Virus record (IMG/VR): IMGVR_UViG_3300031902_000927
Origin: a virus
Taxonomy: Duplodnaviria > Heunggongvirae > Uroviricota > Caudoviricetes
Length of the DNA stretch: 64,000 nucleotides
Direction: 5' to 3' (one strand)
A model generated the notes under the pieces. It ran no database searches. It saw only the letters and a program-made list of their open reading frames with translations, and was not told the DNA's origin. Of the stretch, positions 1-9,759 are shown piece after piece (the stretch's first letter is position 1; each line of letters starts with the position of its first letter). The translations under genes and the position numbers were made by a program.

Positions 1-1
1 A

Positions 2-772
2 GATGAGTGCCAAAATTGTTCTGGGGATAATTTGATGTATAGTGTTTTATCTGATGCTTTATCAAATGTTGAATATTGTTTGTCAATGAGTGGTTCACCT
101 TATAGAAATGGACCAGATACTTTTGAGATGAATAGTCTTTGCGGATTTATAATTTATACTAAAACTGTTAAAGAATTAGAAGATGAAGGTTGGGTTGCTC
201 CAGTAAAAACATATTACTTATCAATGCCACGTGCAAAATATGTAACAGAAACAGGTCATTTTGAAGCAGATTATGGAAGTTTTATTGTTAGCCACGATGA
301 AAGGAATGAAACCATTAGAGATATTGTAAAACAAAATAGACATAAAAAAATTATCATTTTAGTGAATCGTATAGGGCACGGAATTAATTTAAACGAAATG
401 ATTGGAAATTCTTTCTTTTTATATGGAGATACTCCTACTGATTTAAGAAAAGAGATGTTCAAAAAATTTAAAGAAGATAATAATGATATGGTTCTTATTT
501 CGATGGTGAAAATTCTTGGAGCAGGAATAGACGTCCCACGTCTTGATTTATTAATTAATGCTTCGGCACATTCTTCTGATGTTGATACAATACAGATTAT
601 CGGTAGATTAAGAAGAAAGTATCCTGGAAAGAATTTTGGTGTAATGATTGATTTCGCCGATGAAGAATTGTTTAAAGAAGCAGCAAGAAAAAGAATAAGA
701 ATGTTAATGGAGTATGAATATCCAATTGATTTGATTCATTACACACAATGGAAAACAATACAATTTGATTGA
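2..772 (+). CDS. SF2 helicase, C-terminal RecA-like domain (5' end lies outside window)
   Basis: Reading frame open to window edge; helicase motifs IV-VI (KKIIILVNRIGHG, GAGIDVPRLDLLINAS, QIIGRLRR). Confidence 0.6.
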   Translation, partial: DECQNCSGDNLMYSVLSDALSNVEYCLSMSGSPYRNGPDTFEMNSLCGFIIYTKTVKELEDEGWVAPVKTYYLSMPRAKYVTETGHFEADYGSFIVSHDERNETIRDIVKQNRHKKIIILVNRIGHGINLNEMIGNSFFLYGDTPTDLRKEMFKKFKEDNNDMVLISMVKILGAGIDVPRLDLLINASAHSSDVDTIQIIGRLRRKYPGKNFGVMIDFADEELFKEAARKRIRMLMEYEYPIDLIHYTQWKTIQFD

Positions 773-786
773 TGAGGAGGTATAAA

Positions 787-1320
787 ATGGATTTTATGAT
801 TGATTTGGAAACATTAGGCACAAAAGAGAATTGTGTAGTTATTAGTATTGGAGTTGTTGCTTTTAATGAAAAAGGAATTCAAGAGAAAGAATTTTATGAA
901 GTCTTTAATGTAGAAGAACAAATACAAAAAGGAAGAAAGATTGATTATTCTACATTGAAATGGTGGATGAGTCAATCCGAAGAGGCAAGAAAAGTATTTA
1001 CCGAAGGTAGTCATAGTGTAGAAACAATTTTGAATTGTTTGACGGAATATATTAATTCTTTTATGGAAGATGGCAAATCAGCATTTATATGGGGAAATGG
1101 TTCAATATTTGATATATCTATTATGCAGAATTTATACAATCAATATGATATTGAAATACCTTGGAAGTTTTGGAATGTAATGGATTTAAGAACATTTGTT
1201 AGATTTGTTGGTAATGGAGAAAGAATACAAAATAACGGAATTCAACACAACGCAAGGGATGATGCAAGAAATCAAGCAGAGTATGTAATAAGAAAGCTAA
1301 GAGAATATAAGGTGAAATAA
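787..1320 (+). CDS. DnaQ-like DEDDh 3'-5' exonuclease
   Basis: Exo I DLETLG, Exo II WGNGSIFDISIM, Exo III HNARDDARNQAEY; GAGGAGG SD 7 nt before ATG 787 (track ORF opens at 769). Confidence 0.75.
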   Translation: MDFMIDLETLGTKENCVVISIGVVAFNEKGIQEKEFYEVFNVEEQIQKGRKIDYSTLKWWMSQSEEARKVFTEGSHSVETILNCLTEYINSFMEDGKSAFIWGNGSIFDISIMQNLYNQYDIEIPWKFWNVMDLRTFVRFVGNGERIQNNGIQHNARDDARNQAEYVIRKLREYKVK

Positions 1321-1646
1321 TGCAAGAAACAAGTATAGAATCTTATAATTTATTGAAAGATACTGGTAGATTGGGAAAATTACAAAAGATAGTATATAGT
1401 TATTTATTAGAACATCCAAATTCAACTCAGAGTGAAGTGGCTTATGAATTAAAAAAACCAAAAGAAAGTGTAAATCCACGTTTTGGTGAATTATATTCAA
1501 AAGGACTAATCATTGAAACTGGAAAAAGAAGATGCAAACAAACAGGAATGAATGTTATGACTTGGAAAGTTATACCAAAAAGAGATGTGGCTATTTTGAA
1601 ATGTCCACATTGTAATCAAGTTATACGAAAGGTATCGAGGACATAA
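1320..1646 (+). CDS. putative winged-helix DNA-binding protein with C-terminal CxxC zinc ribbon
   Basis: IVYSYLLEHPNSTQSEVAYELK HTH-like segment, CPHCNQ ribbon; ATGA-coupled to upstream gene. Confidence 0.4.
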   Translation: MQETSIESYNLLKDTGRLGKLQKIVYSYLLEHPNSTQSEVAYELKKPKESVNPRFGELYSKGLIIETGKRRCKQTGMNVMTWKVIPKRDVAILKCPHCNQVIRKVSRT

Positions 1647-2056
1647 TGCAACTAGCACCAGATACAAGTAAGCAAAGAGCAGAAAAGATTGAGCTTATTA
1701 AGAAAATAGACACATTTAAATATAAAAGTGAGTCGGAAAAACAAAAAGACCAGGAGAGAGTAGGAGAGTTAGAAAAAGAAATTTTAGATATTATTCACAA
1801 GGCACTTGGGGAGCAGAAATCAGAAATTGTGGATATAAAACCAGAGTTGAAACCAGAAGAAAAGTTAATTACTTTAAAAGCAGCAAAGAGATTGCTTCGT
1901 GATAAATATGAGTATTATAGGATATTATGTCTTGATAGTCGTGAATTTACAGAAACATTAGTAAGAAAAAAAGAAGATGGAAGAAAAATTATGGAGATTA
2001 TATCTTCAGACAATTTTGATGAGAAAAAAGCTATATCAGAAATTTTGAGGTTTTGA
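1646..2056 (+). CDS. hypothetical charged coiled-coil protein
   Basis: K/E-rich, in co-directional overlapping gene chain. Confidence 0.4.
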   Translation: MQLAPDTSKQRAEKIELIKKIDTFKYKSESEKQKDQERVGELEKEILDIIHKALGEQKSEIVDIKPELKPEEKLITLKAAKRLLRDKYEYYRILCLDSREFTETLVRKKEDGRKIMEIISSDNFDEKKAISEILRF

Positions 2057-2639
2057 TGAAAATCTGTAGTGTTAAAGGATGTGAAAGTTTGTGTGTTGGG
2101 AAAGGATATTGTAGAAAACATTATATGCAAATATATAATCACGGAAAAATATTAAGTATTACAATATTCACACCAAATAAAATAATATTATATAAAGATA
2201 GAGCAGAAATAGTTTTAAGAAATATAAAACATAAAGAAGTTGGAAAAGCTATAATTGATTTAGAAGATGTTGAACGAGTAAATAAGCATAAATGGTATTT
2301 ATCTAAAGGTTATGCAGTTAGTCATATTAATAATAAATTTATTTTTTTACATAATTTTATTTTGGATAGAAAAGAAAATACAAACTATAAATATTGTTGT
2401 GACCATATAAATAGAAATAGATTAGATGATAGAAAAACTAATTTGAGAATAGTGGATTATTCTTTAAATAACATAAATAAATCTATTTCTAAATCTAATA
2501 AGTCTGGTATTGTTGGTGTATTTTTTATAAACCAACAAATAGATGGTTATCACATATAACTAAAAATGGAAAAAGACTTTCTTTAGGATATTTTAACACA
2601 AAAGAAAAGGCAGAACAAAAAAGAAAAAAGCAGAAATAG
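2053..2639 (+). pseudogene. HNH (HNH_3-type) + AP2-domain homing endonuclease, reading frame broken in a T6 run (2521-2526)
   Basis: N-terminal CxxGC...GYCRKHY zinc motif, FLHNFIL and CDHINRNRLDDRKTNLRIV HNH motifs; AP2 domain (RWLSHITKNGKRLSLGYFNTKEKAEQKRKK) continues in the -1 frame and aligns gap-free if the T-run is T7. Confidence 0.6.
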
Positions 2640-2664
2640 TAGAGTTTGGTGAGGTGATTGTAAG

Positions 2665-5469
2665 ATGATAACTGTAATTAAAGGGAAAGAAGAAGAAAGT
2701 GGAGTAACTTTAAGAATACGTGATAGTGATACAAATACAACTTCTGAAAGATACTTTGATTTCACTAATTATTTTTATATAAAAGAAGAAGACTATCAAG
2801 ATGTTTCTTACATTGTAGACCCATTAATTAAAGATAAGATATTAGTAGAAGATAAAGACAGTAATCAATATTATCAATTACTTTTAAAAAATAATTTTCA
2901 TAGAAATATGATTAGAAATCAAATTGAAGAATTAGGAATATCAACATTTGAAGCGGACCTAACAGCCGTTAAAAGAATGATGGTTGATAATGCACATTTA
3001 CCACTTCATCAAGAAGGATTAAGAATTGCATTTTACGATATAGAATCTGACGATAGAAAGCCATTTGTTAAAGATATAAAAGGTGATATTGTTCCAAAAT
3101 ATCCAATAACTTCAATGGCCGTTAAAGAGTACAAAAGAGGATTTGAAACACCTGTTTGGTATGTTAGAAACGAAGGTCTCGATGGACCAGAGTTTGACGA
3201 ATATAGAGCTTTAAGAAAAGAATATTTAGAATTAAAGAATCAAGAATTGAATACAAAAGAAGTTTATGCAAAATTACAAATATGGGATGTCGAGAAAGGT
3301 CCTGTAGATAATGCTTTATGGGAAGGCGAATATATAATGTTGCAAAAATATCTTGAATATATAAAAGATTTTGATGTAGTTAGCGCGTGGAATGGATTAA
3401 AATTTGATGACCCATATACTCGTGAAAGAACAAAATATCATATGAAATATCATCCTATAAATGATTATGAATCTTTGATGTTGGTAGGTTTTGATTATCA
3501 AGCATCTTATATGTTAAATCACTATACTCCAATAAAGTCTTTTGCTTTGAATAATGTTGCACAAGAAGAATTAATTTCAGAATTAGGAAAGGAAGGTTCC
3601 AAATTAACTCATCCAGATGAAATAAAAAAATTAGATTGGAGAGAAAGAACTAAGTGTGAAAAATATTTTGAATTATTTTTATTATTTCCAGAAGTTCATA
3701 AAGAGTACAACATACAAGATGTAAATTTATTAGAAATGTTAGAGGACAAATTAGGATTTTTCAAATTACATTTTGTACAATGTAAAAAAGCGCACTGTAT
3801 GTTAATTGATTCATTGTATGATAGTAGAATTTGTGATTATATGATTTTAAATGAGAGTAAGAATAGAAAGATTATAAAATTATCAAAGCCAAATGAGTCA
3901 GAAGTAAATGATAGAGAAAACAAATCTGCTCCTGGAGGTTACACATTCTGCGAAAAGCCAGGGATACATTGGAGTGTACTTTGTTATGATTTTCAATCAC
4001 ATTATTTGAATATTATGAGAACATTTAATATTTCTGCTGAAACTTATATAAGAAGTGTTATGCCTGATTTAACAAAAGTCTTTACACCAATTGAGCAAGA
4101 ATATGTAATGTTTTGTATGAATGAAGCTCCAAAGTTTTTAGATAAACAAAACAAATTCCAAAAGAGAAAGTACGATATTCACATTGAAGAAAAAAGAGTT
4201 CAACTTAATGTTAATACAATGGAAGTATTGATGTGGAAATTTATTAATAATTACGACCAAAAAATAGAACATTCTGAAATGGAATGTTATACACCTGCTG
4301 ATATTAATCGTGATGTAAGAGGATGGAATGTACACGGACATTATATTTTTACTAAGGAATTTAGAGGTATAACACCAACAATTTTAGACGATTTATTGGA
4401 AGATAGAAATAAAGTAAAGTATTCTTTAAAATCAATTAAAGATAGTTTTGAATACGATGAAAAGAATTATTATCAATTAGGTTTAAAAAAATTAGGTAAT
4501 GTTTTCTATGGATATTCATTATATAGAGCATCAAGAGATTACAGATTCGAGATTGGTGCAGCAATTACAACTTCGGCAAGATTTTTAACAAAAATAGCAA
4601 TAATTGAGTTAAAAGCAAATGATATGTTATTATTATTCGGAGATACGGATTCTACCTACTCTACAGGAGATAAAACTTCTGAATTTTTAAAACAAGTTTA
4701 TCAAGAATTATTTGATAGAAAATTACCTGTTTTTAATACAATGAATTTTAATGGAAAGTTACACACTATAGTTTTTGAATATGAAAAAACTTATCCTGGA
4801 ATAATACCTATTAAGAAAAAGAGATATTATTATTTTTTAGATGGAAAAATAGATGGAAAAGGTGGAGTACAAACAAGGTCAGATGTTTTAAAACTTGCTA
4901 AAGATTTACAGAAAGAATTACTTGAAGATATTTTTAACAAGAGATTTGTTAAAGAACATTGGAAAGAAAAATTATTTTCTTTAAAGACAAAAATTTCAAA
5001 TTTTGAACTTGAAGAAGAACACATTGTTAGGATTTCTGGTTTAGCAAAACCAATAAATCAATATGGAAAACCAATGTTTGATGGTGCAACTGGATTGCAA
5101 AAGACTTCAAAAGACGGAAAACCAAGATGTGCTCCTATTCCTGCAAACGTCCAAATAGCTATAAGACTTCTTGAAGAAGGAGAAAATGTAAATGTTGGAG
5201 ATAAGATTCGATTTATTGTAGCATCAACTAAACCAAAAATTCAACCAATTACTTTAAAAGAATATAGAGCAAATAAGAGATATGATGTGAACTACTACTA
5301 CGAAAAAGTAATAAAAGCAATACTTGAAATTTTAATTGTTGTTTATCCAGAGGATGTTTACACATATTTTGCAGATTGTTGGCTTTACAGTCCAAAACAA
5401 ATTAAAAGATTACAAGAAGAAATTTCAGAAGATGAAGATGAAGATTCATCTGAAGATGGCGATGAGTAA
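2665..5469 (+). CDS. family B DNA polymerase (3'-5' exo + polymerase domains)
   Basis: Exo I FYDIESDD, Exo II NGLKFDDPY, Exo III YNIQDVNLL; Pol A YDFQSHYLNIM, Pol B KKLGNVFYGYSLY, Pol C LLFGDTDSTYS; acidic C-terminal tail. Confidence 0.9.
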   Translation: MITVIKGKEEESGVTLRIRDSDTNTTSERYFDFTNYFYIKEEDYQDVSYIVDPLIKDKILVEDKDSNQYYQLLLKNNFHRNMIRNQIEELGISTFEADLTAVKRMMVDNAHLPLHQEGLRIAFYDIESDDRKPFVKDIKGDIVPKYPITSMAVKEYKRGFETPVWYVRNEGLDGPEFDEYRALRKEYLELKNQELNTKEVYAKLQIWDVEKGPVDNALWEGEYIMLQKYLEYIKDFDVVSAWNGLKFDDPYTRERTKYHMKYHPINDYESLMLVGFDYQASYMLNHYTPIKSFALNNVAQEELISELGKEGSKLTHPDEIKKLDWRERTKCEKYFELFLLFPEVHKEYNIQDVNLLEMLEDKLGFFKLHFVQCKKAHCMLIDSLYDSRICDYMILNESKNRKIIKLSKPNESEVNDRENKSAPGGYTFCEKPGIHWSVLCYDFQSHYLNIMRTFNISAETYIRSVMPDLTKVFTPIEQEYVMFCMNEAPKFLDKQNKFQKRKYDIHIEEKRVQLNVNTMEVLMWKFINNYDQKIEHSEMECYTPADINRDVRGWNVHGHYIFTKEFRGITPTILDDLLEDRNKVKYSLKSIKDSFEYDEKNYYQLGLKKLGNVFYGYSLYRASRDYRFEIGAAITTSARFLTKIAIIELKANDMLLLFGDTDSTYSTGDKTSEFLKQVYQELFDRKLPVFNTMNFNGKLHTIVFEYEKTYPGIIPIKKKRYYYFLDGKIDGKGGVQTRSDVLKLAKDLQKELLEDIFNKRFVKEHWKEKLFSLKTKISNFELEEEHIVRISGLAKPINQYGKPMFDGATGLQKTSKDGKPRCAPIPANVQIAIRLLEEGENVNVGDKIRFIVASTKPKIQPITLKEYRANKRYDVNYYYEKVIKAILEILIVVYPEDVYTYFADCWLYSPKQIKRLQEEISEDEDEDSSEDGDE

Positions 5470-5470
5470 A

Positions 5471-5701
5471 ATGAAATTCAAAGGACAAACATACGAAGAA
5501 ATAATGAAAGAATGTCGAGATTATATGGAAGGTAATCAAATGATTACTTTACCAAGTGGAACATTTTGTCATCTTTGTAATCAAGAATTATGTAAACATT
5601 TGAAACATCAGAATAAACAAAAGCTACTGATTGTTATCGCAAGTCTTGCTAGAGAACTTGAAAAGGAAAGAGAACCATTAAATGTTCGGAGTAAAGAATG
5701 A
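5471..5701 (+). CDS. small hypothetical protein with CHLC/CKH cysteine motif
   Basis: ATG at 5471, 1 nt after polB stop; track ORF extends in-frame upstream inside polB. Confidence 0.4.
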   Translation: MKFKGQTYEEIMKECRDYMEGNQMITLPSGTFCHLCNQELCKHLKHQNKQKLLIVIASLARELEKEREPLNVRSKE

Positions 5702-6036
5702 AACTTGATAATGCTAAATTAGGAGATAAATATTATGGAATCATATACAAATATTCTTTTAATTTTGTTAAAGCCGTTAGAATCATCGAATTTGAAGTTG
5801 TTAAAGTTAATGAAAAAATTGTAGGTATTTCTTTTAATAAAGAAACAAGAGAATATCCACAATTATTTAAAAAAAATAAAGATTTTAATACGATAGGTTT
5901 AGATAAAGTTAAATTAGCAGAAGATTATTTGAATGAATTTATATCTTGGGAAGACCATTCAGGTTTTTGTGGAACTAAAAAGATTATAAGGTATTTAAAA
6001 TTATTTATAAAGAAGAATAAACCACAAATTATATAA
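5698..6036 (+). CDS. hypothetical protein
   Basis: ATGA overlap with upstream gene; 112 aa. Confidence 0.4.
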   Translation: MKLDNAKLGDKYYGIIYKYSFNFVKAVRIIEFEVVKVNEKIVGISFNKETREYPQLFKKNKDFNTIGLDKVKLAEDYLNEFISWEDHSGFCGTKKIIRYLKLFIKKNKPQII

Positions 6037-6038
6037 AG

Positions 6039-6323
6039 ATGCCACCCAAAGAACTCAAAATGAATATAAAGAAGTATTTTGATGACGGAGTTATGATAGA
6101 TGTAGTTTCTGTTGAAGACGTTTGCCAAGAAATGGAATCAATGAGAAATGAATTTAAAATGAAGTCAGATGCAATCAAGAAAGAAATTTTAGAAAATTTT
6201 GATTTGATTGCCGAAGAAGTTTATTGGAATAAAAAAGTTCAAACAAATACAATTCAAGAAGATAAGTTTATTGAAATGGTAAATAAAGCATTTCTAAAAA
6301 ATTTTGATGAGGAAGAAGAATGA
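6039..6323 (+). CDS. hypothetical acidic protein
   Basis: 94-aa ORF in chain. Confidence 0.4.
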   Translation: MPPKELKMNIKKYFDDGVMIDVVSVEDVCQEMESMRNEFKMKSDAIKKEILENFDLIAEEVYWNKKVQTNTIQEDKFIEMVNKAFLKNFDEEEE

Positions 6324-6862
6324 ATGATATTGTAATAGTAAATGGAAAACAAGTTGTAATCAAACCGTCGAAGAGCAGGTTTAATAAAAGTGCTTATATA
6401 ATGTCACAAGAAATATATCGTGATTTAGAAAAGATAGGAATAACAAAAGAATTTATAGACCTTCCAATACCAAGAAATCCATTAAAGCTTGGTGAAGCTG
6501 CGCAAATAAGTTGGACTGTAAATAAACATCAGTATTATTTCTCTTCAAATAAACAAGAAAGATTTCAAGATAATTTAGGCGTTCTTGCAGTTGTTATAAA
6601 ACAAGAAAGTTATTCTATAAGAAATGGACTTAAAACTTTTACACAAGTTATGAATCAATTTGCAATAGGTTTTGATGATAAAAAAGAAAAGACAAAAACG
6701 CCGCGTGAGATAATTGGTGTTGAAGAGAATTCTAAAGATAAAGAATATATAACATTCAAATATAAACAAAAAGCTAGAACATTACATCCAGATGCAGGTG
6801 GAAATGCTGAAGAATTCAGAAAATTGAATGAAGCTTACAATGAAATTATGAAGGAGGAATAA
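6320..6862 (+). CDS. J-domain (DnaJ-like) protein
   Basis: C-terminal EYITFKYKQKARTLHPDAGGNAEEFRKLNEAYNEI matches J-domain helix II-HPD-helix III. Confidence 0.6.
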   Translation: MNDIVIVNGKQVVIKPSKSRFNKSAYIMSQEIYRDLEKIGITKEFIDLPIPRNPLKLGEAAQISWTVNKHQYYFSSNKQERFQDNLGVLAVVIKQESYSIRNGLKTFTQVMNQFAIGFDDKKEKTKTPREIIGVEENSKDKEYITFKYKQKARTLHPDAGGNAEEFRKLNEAYNEIMKEE

Positions 6863-6863
6863 A

Positions 6864-7049
6864 ATGAAAATAAAAACTTTTAGTAAAAGAATTGATGCAA
6901 CAGATATAGATAAAGATTTGAATATTTATTTAGATTCTTTGAAGGATAAAAATATTTTAAATGATGATAAGATAGAAATTCAATCCAATTCTGTAGCAGA
7001 TGGTGAAGATATTTATGTTATAACAAGAGTAATAGTGAGGGAAGGTTAA
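6864..7049 (+). CDS. hypothetical small protein
   Basis: AGGAGG SD before ATG; 61 aa. Confidence 0.35.
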   Translation: MKIKTFSKRIDATDIDKDLNIYLDSLKDKNILNDDKIEIQSNSVADGEDIYVITRVIVREG

Positions 7050-7050
7050 A

Positions 7051-7386
7051 ATGAGTAAAATAACAATAGAAATTGAGTTACCAGAAAAATTGGAAGTTTA
7101 TCCAGAAGAAGGTCAGTCTGAAGACGACTTCAAGTCAAAGGAAGCAAAGAAGAAACTCGAATCTTTTAGAAAGAAATTTACACAAGATGTTCACGATTCG
7201 GTTGAACATTCAATAAAAACTTATATGGATGATTTTGAAGATATTTTCTTTGATTATGATATGGATAATATTTCCATCGAAGGTTGGGAGTCACTAAAGG
7301 ATTATGGAATAATCATTAAAATGATTGACGAAAAAGGAAAACAAATAATTATCGGTGAAGAAAATGGAAAAAAGTCTAAAAGTTAA
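7051..7386 (+). CDS. hypothetical acidic protein
   Basis: GGAAGG SD; 111 aa, D/E-rich. Confidence 0.4.
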   Translation: MSKITIEIELPEKLEVYPEEGQSEDDFKSKEAKKKLESFRKKFTQDVHDSVEHSIKTYMDDFEDIFFDYDMDNISIEGWESLKDYGIIIKMIDEKGKQIIIGEENGKKSKS

Positions 7387-7547
7387 GGCCGATTTACCAG
7401 AAGTAGTTTCAGAAGTTGGAAGAAGACTTCATAAAATTCCAGGAGTGTTTGATGTAGAGTAACTGTGATATTGAAGTCTGGAACAATGATTAGATATAAT
7501 GCAATGATGGAAAAAGATATTAAGGATTGTGAGGAGGAATCGAAAAA

Positions 7548-8045
7548 ATGACGAGAAAAATAATAGCAAAATTTTGGTGTGAGATGTGTCAAAAGACACA
7601 GATAAAGGAATTAGCAATTGATATTGAAGAAAATAATTTTCCTTATGAAATGGGTTGGTTTGAGCTAAATTCATTTAATATGGTAGCTCCAAAGCGTTCT
7701 GGTACACCTGTTGAGATTGAATTTTCAAATAAGGATTTTTGCAGCAGAGATTGCGCTATTAATTATATTGAACAAGCACTACTACAATCTGAAACAAAAG
7801 TTCAAGAACCAAAAGCAGTTCCAACTGAACCTATTCCAACAATTCCACAAAGAGCAGAGATTTTAAGGCCAGAGCAACCACAAAAACCAGAACAAAAGCT
7901 TGGCGCGATGGGACACCCTTTATCTGAATCTTATGATAATTATACAGGTAAACCATACGACACAGAAGAGCTTGATTCTGTTCCAGAGTTAGGACCAAAA
8001 AAAACAGAAGAACCTAAGAAGAGATTTGGATTTTTTAAGAGATGA
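7548..8045 (+). CDS. hypothetical protein with N-terminal zinc ribbon
   Basis: CEMCQ...CSRDC; GAGGAGG SD; Pro-rich middle. Confidence 0.4.
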   Translation: MTRKIIAKFWCEMCQKTQIKELAIDIEENNFPYEMGWFELNSFNMVAPKRSGTPVEIEFSNKDFCSRDCAINYIEQALLQSETKVQEPKAVPTEPIPTIPQRAEILRPEQPQKPEQKLGAMGHPLSESYDNYTGKPYDTEELDSVPELGPKKTEEPKKRFGFFKR

Positions 8046-8497
8046 AGCCTTGGATTTACAAAGGTAAAGAATATACAAAAGCAGATGCGGAAATAGAAGC
8101 ATTTGTTTATTTAATTGTTGGTCCAGAAAAAACTTATATAGGAAAAAAGAACTTTTGGCATACGTTAAAAAGACCTCCAAAAAAAGGAAATAAGAATAAA
8201 AGACACGAAATAAAGGAAACAGAATGGCAATCTTATTGTGGTTCAAGTGAAGCATTATTAGAGGATATAAAAAAATTTGGAGAAGATAAATTTCATAGAG
8301 AAATATTGATTTTATGCAGCAAGAAATGTATTGCTTCTTATTTTGAATTATATTTTCAAATGCAAGAGAATGTTTTATTTGACACTTTTTCTTATAATAA
8401 TATTATTAATATACGACTTAACGGAAACATATTTCTTAATCATAAAGATGAATGTCGTAGAATTCTTAAAGAGCTTGAAGCTAAGAACAAATTTTAG
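8042..8497 (+). CDS. possible GIY-YIG-like nuclease domain protein
   Basis: FVYLIVGPEKTYIGKK resembles GIY-(9-11)-YIG, with downstream R/E; weak. Confidence 0.3.
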   Translation: MKPWIYKGKEYTKADAEIEAFVYLIVGPEKTYIGKKNFWHTLKRPPKKGNKNKRHEIKETEWQSYCGSSEALLEDIKKFGEDKFHREILILCSKKCIASYFELYFQMQENVLFDTFSYNNIINIRLNGNIFLNHKDECRRILKELEAKNKF

Positions 8498-8516
8498 GTA
8501 AAAAGATTTATATACT
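8483..8516 (+). promoter_or_regulatory. 34-nt conserved element AAGAACAAATTTTAGGTAAAAAGATTTATATACT (copy 1), BRE/TATA-like core
   Basis: Perfect 34-nt direct repeat of 20561-20594; purine-rich stretch then TTTATATA about 40 nt before next ATG (8553). Confidence 0.45.
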
Positions 8517-8552
8517 CCTTTATCACGAATATTAAAAATCAATCATTTAAGG

Positions 8553-8879
8553 TTGAAGGAGGATAAAATGGTTAGTAAGTTAAAACATTTCAGTCGTGAC
8601 CCAATGTTTCCAAAAATGAACAGAGGAAGTGGTTATTATTATAATAGAGGAAATTTAAAAGGATTCCCACATAATAGAAATGGAGAATATTGGAGTAAAT
8701 ATAACGAATCTATCGATGCTAAGAAAGCTCATTTACCAACTAAAACTTCTAATATAGTACATAGTGAGATGGAAAATCCACATAAGGGAGATTTTAGAAC
8801 TAGAAAGAAAAACGGTCACGTTGATATGACTAGGAAAACAACTAGATTATCTAACACGACTAAAAGAGGATTCTTCTAA
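8553..8879 (+). CDS. hypothetical basic protein
   Basis: AAGGAGGA SD; K/R/H-rich 108 aa. Confidence 0.4.
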   Translation: MKEDKMVSKLKHFSRDPMFPKMNRGSGYYYNRGNLKGFPHNRNGEYWSKYNESIDAKKAHLPTKTSNIVHSEMENPHKGDFRTRKKNGHVDMTRKTTRLSNTTKRGFF

Positions 8880-8915
8880 GAATCTTTTATTTTTATTTTT
8901 ATTTTTAAAATTTTT
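8869..8915 (+). promoter_or_regulatory. hairpin (GATTCT-tcta-AGAATC) plus long T/A tract ending TTTTAAAAT: terminator and/or promoter
   Basis: Inverted repeat spans stop codon of 8553..8879 and is followed by TTTTATTTTTATTTTTATTTTTAAAAT; same T/A motif recurs at 15978 and 57716. Confidence 0.4.
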
Positions 8916-8920
8916 GGAGG

Positions 8921-9757
8921 ATGATTCATATCTGTAAACTAGCCTATATAAAAACACAAGATGGAATGGCATATAAGCGTTGTGTAGATATGATAAGATT
9001 TCAAGAAAATGTTACAGCAGGTCAAAGTACAGGTTTTGTTTGGCGTGATAGACAGGGATTTCACATAAGAAAATCTATTGGAAAAGTAAATTCATTTTTA
9101 GCAAAATATCCAGATATATTAACAAATGTTAATGAATGTTTAGGTCATTCAAGATGGGCAACAATTTCTCCAATCACAATTGATAATCAACATCCAATTC
9201 CAATTATGTACAAGGGAACAAAATTGGCTTATGGAGTTCATAATGGTACTTTTCACGAATATCAAAGTTATGAATATCTAAGAAATGACATTTCAAATAA
9301 GACCGATAGCGCGTTACTCTTAACGATGTTCGGTCGAATGTTAGAAAGACTTGGAGATTCAAAATTAAATAGAGTTAAATCATTTTCTTATATAATGTCT
9401 TTGATAAATCAAGGTAGTGGAAATCACAATCTTATAATTATGTTTAAAGACGGAATGGTTCTATTTAGCGGTAACGTATTAACTTACAAAGTTAATCAAA
9501 ATAATGTAGGAATTATGACTTTTGGTCTTCCAGAACAATGTCAAGATAATGTTATTTACGAGATTAAAGACTTTACAGTTATTCAACTTGATATGGTTGT
9601 ACCACCATTTAGATTTAAACCAAGAGAACCAAAGGTTTTAAAGGTTAAAACACAAAAATCAAAAAATTCTGTTCAAACTAATTTAGAATCTTTAGATGTT
9701 TATGAAACAGAAATGTCTAATTATGAAAGAGAAATGAGAAGAGATATGAGGCGATAA
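8921..9757 (+). CDS. class-II glutamine amidotransferase (Ntn hydrolase) domain protein
   Basis: Collinear with PurF/GlmS N-domain: Cys5, VTAGQ, LGHSRWATISPITIDNQHP, GVHNGTFHEY, NKTDSALLL, LIIMFKDGMVLFSGN; a 4-aa propeptide before Cys is implied. Confidence 0.6.
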   Translation: MIHICKLAYIKTQDGMAYKRCVDMIRFQENVTAGQSTGFVWRDRQGFHIRKSIGKVNSFLAKYPDILTNVNECLGHSRWATISPITIDNQHPIPIMYKGTKLAYGVHNGTFHEYQSYEYLRNDISNKTDSALLLTMFGRMLERLGDSKLNRVKSFSYIMSLINQGSGNHNLIIMFKDGMVLFSGNVLTYKVNQNNVGIMTFGLPEQCQDNVIYEIKDFTVIQLDMVVPPFRFKPREPKVLKVKTQKSKNSVQTNLESLDVYETEMSNYEREMRRDMRR

Positions 9758-9759
9758 TA

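Noticed and set aside
271-1500. Short minus-strand ORFs (271..462, 814..1014, 1297..1500) and similar ones throughout, e.g. 4138..4341, 10775..10990, 18462..18737
   Set aside because: They lie entirely inside confident + strand genes and have no SD or recognisable motifs. Their composition is consistent with antisense of AT-rich coding DNA.
8916-8923. GGAGG immediately abutting ATG 8921 (zero spacer)
   Set aside because: It is not a functional SD spacing. Either the transcript is leaderless from the upstream T/A-tract promoter or the start is elsewhere. The gene call is kept because the Ntn nucleophile Cys lies at residue 5.
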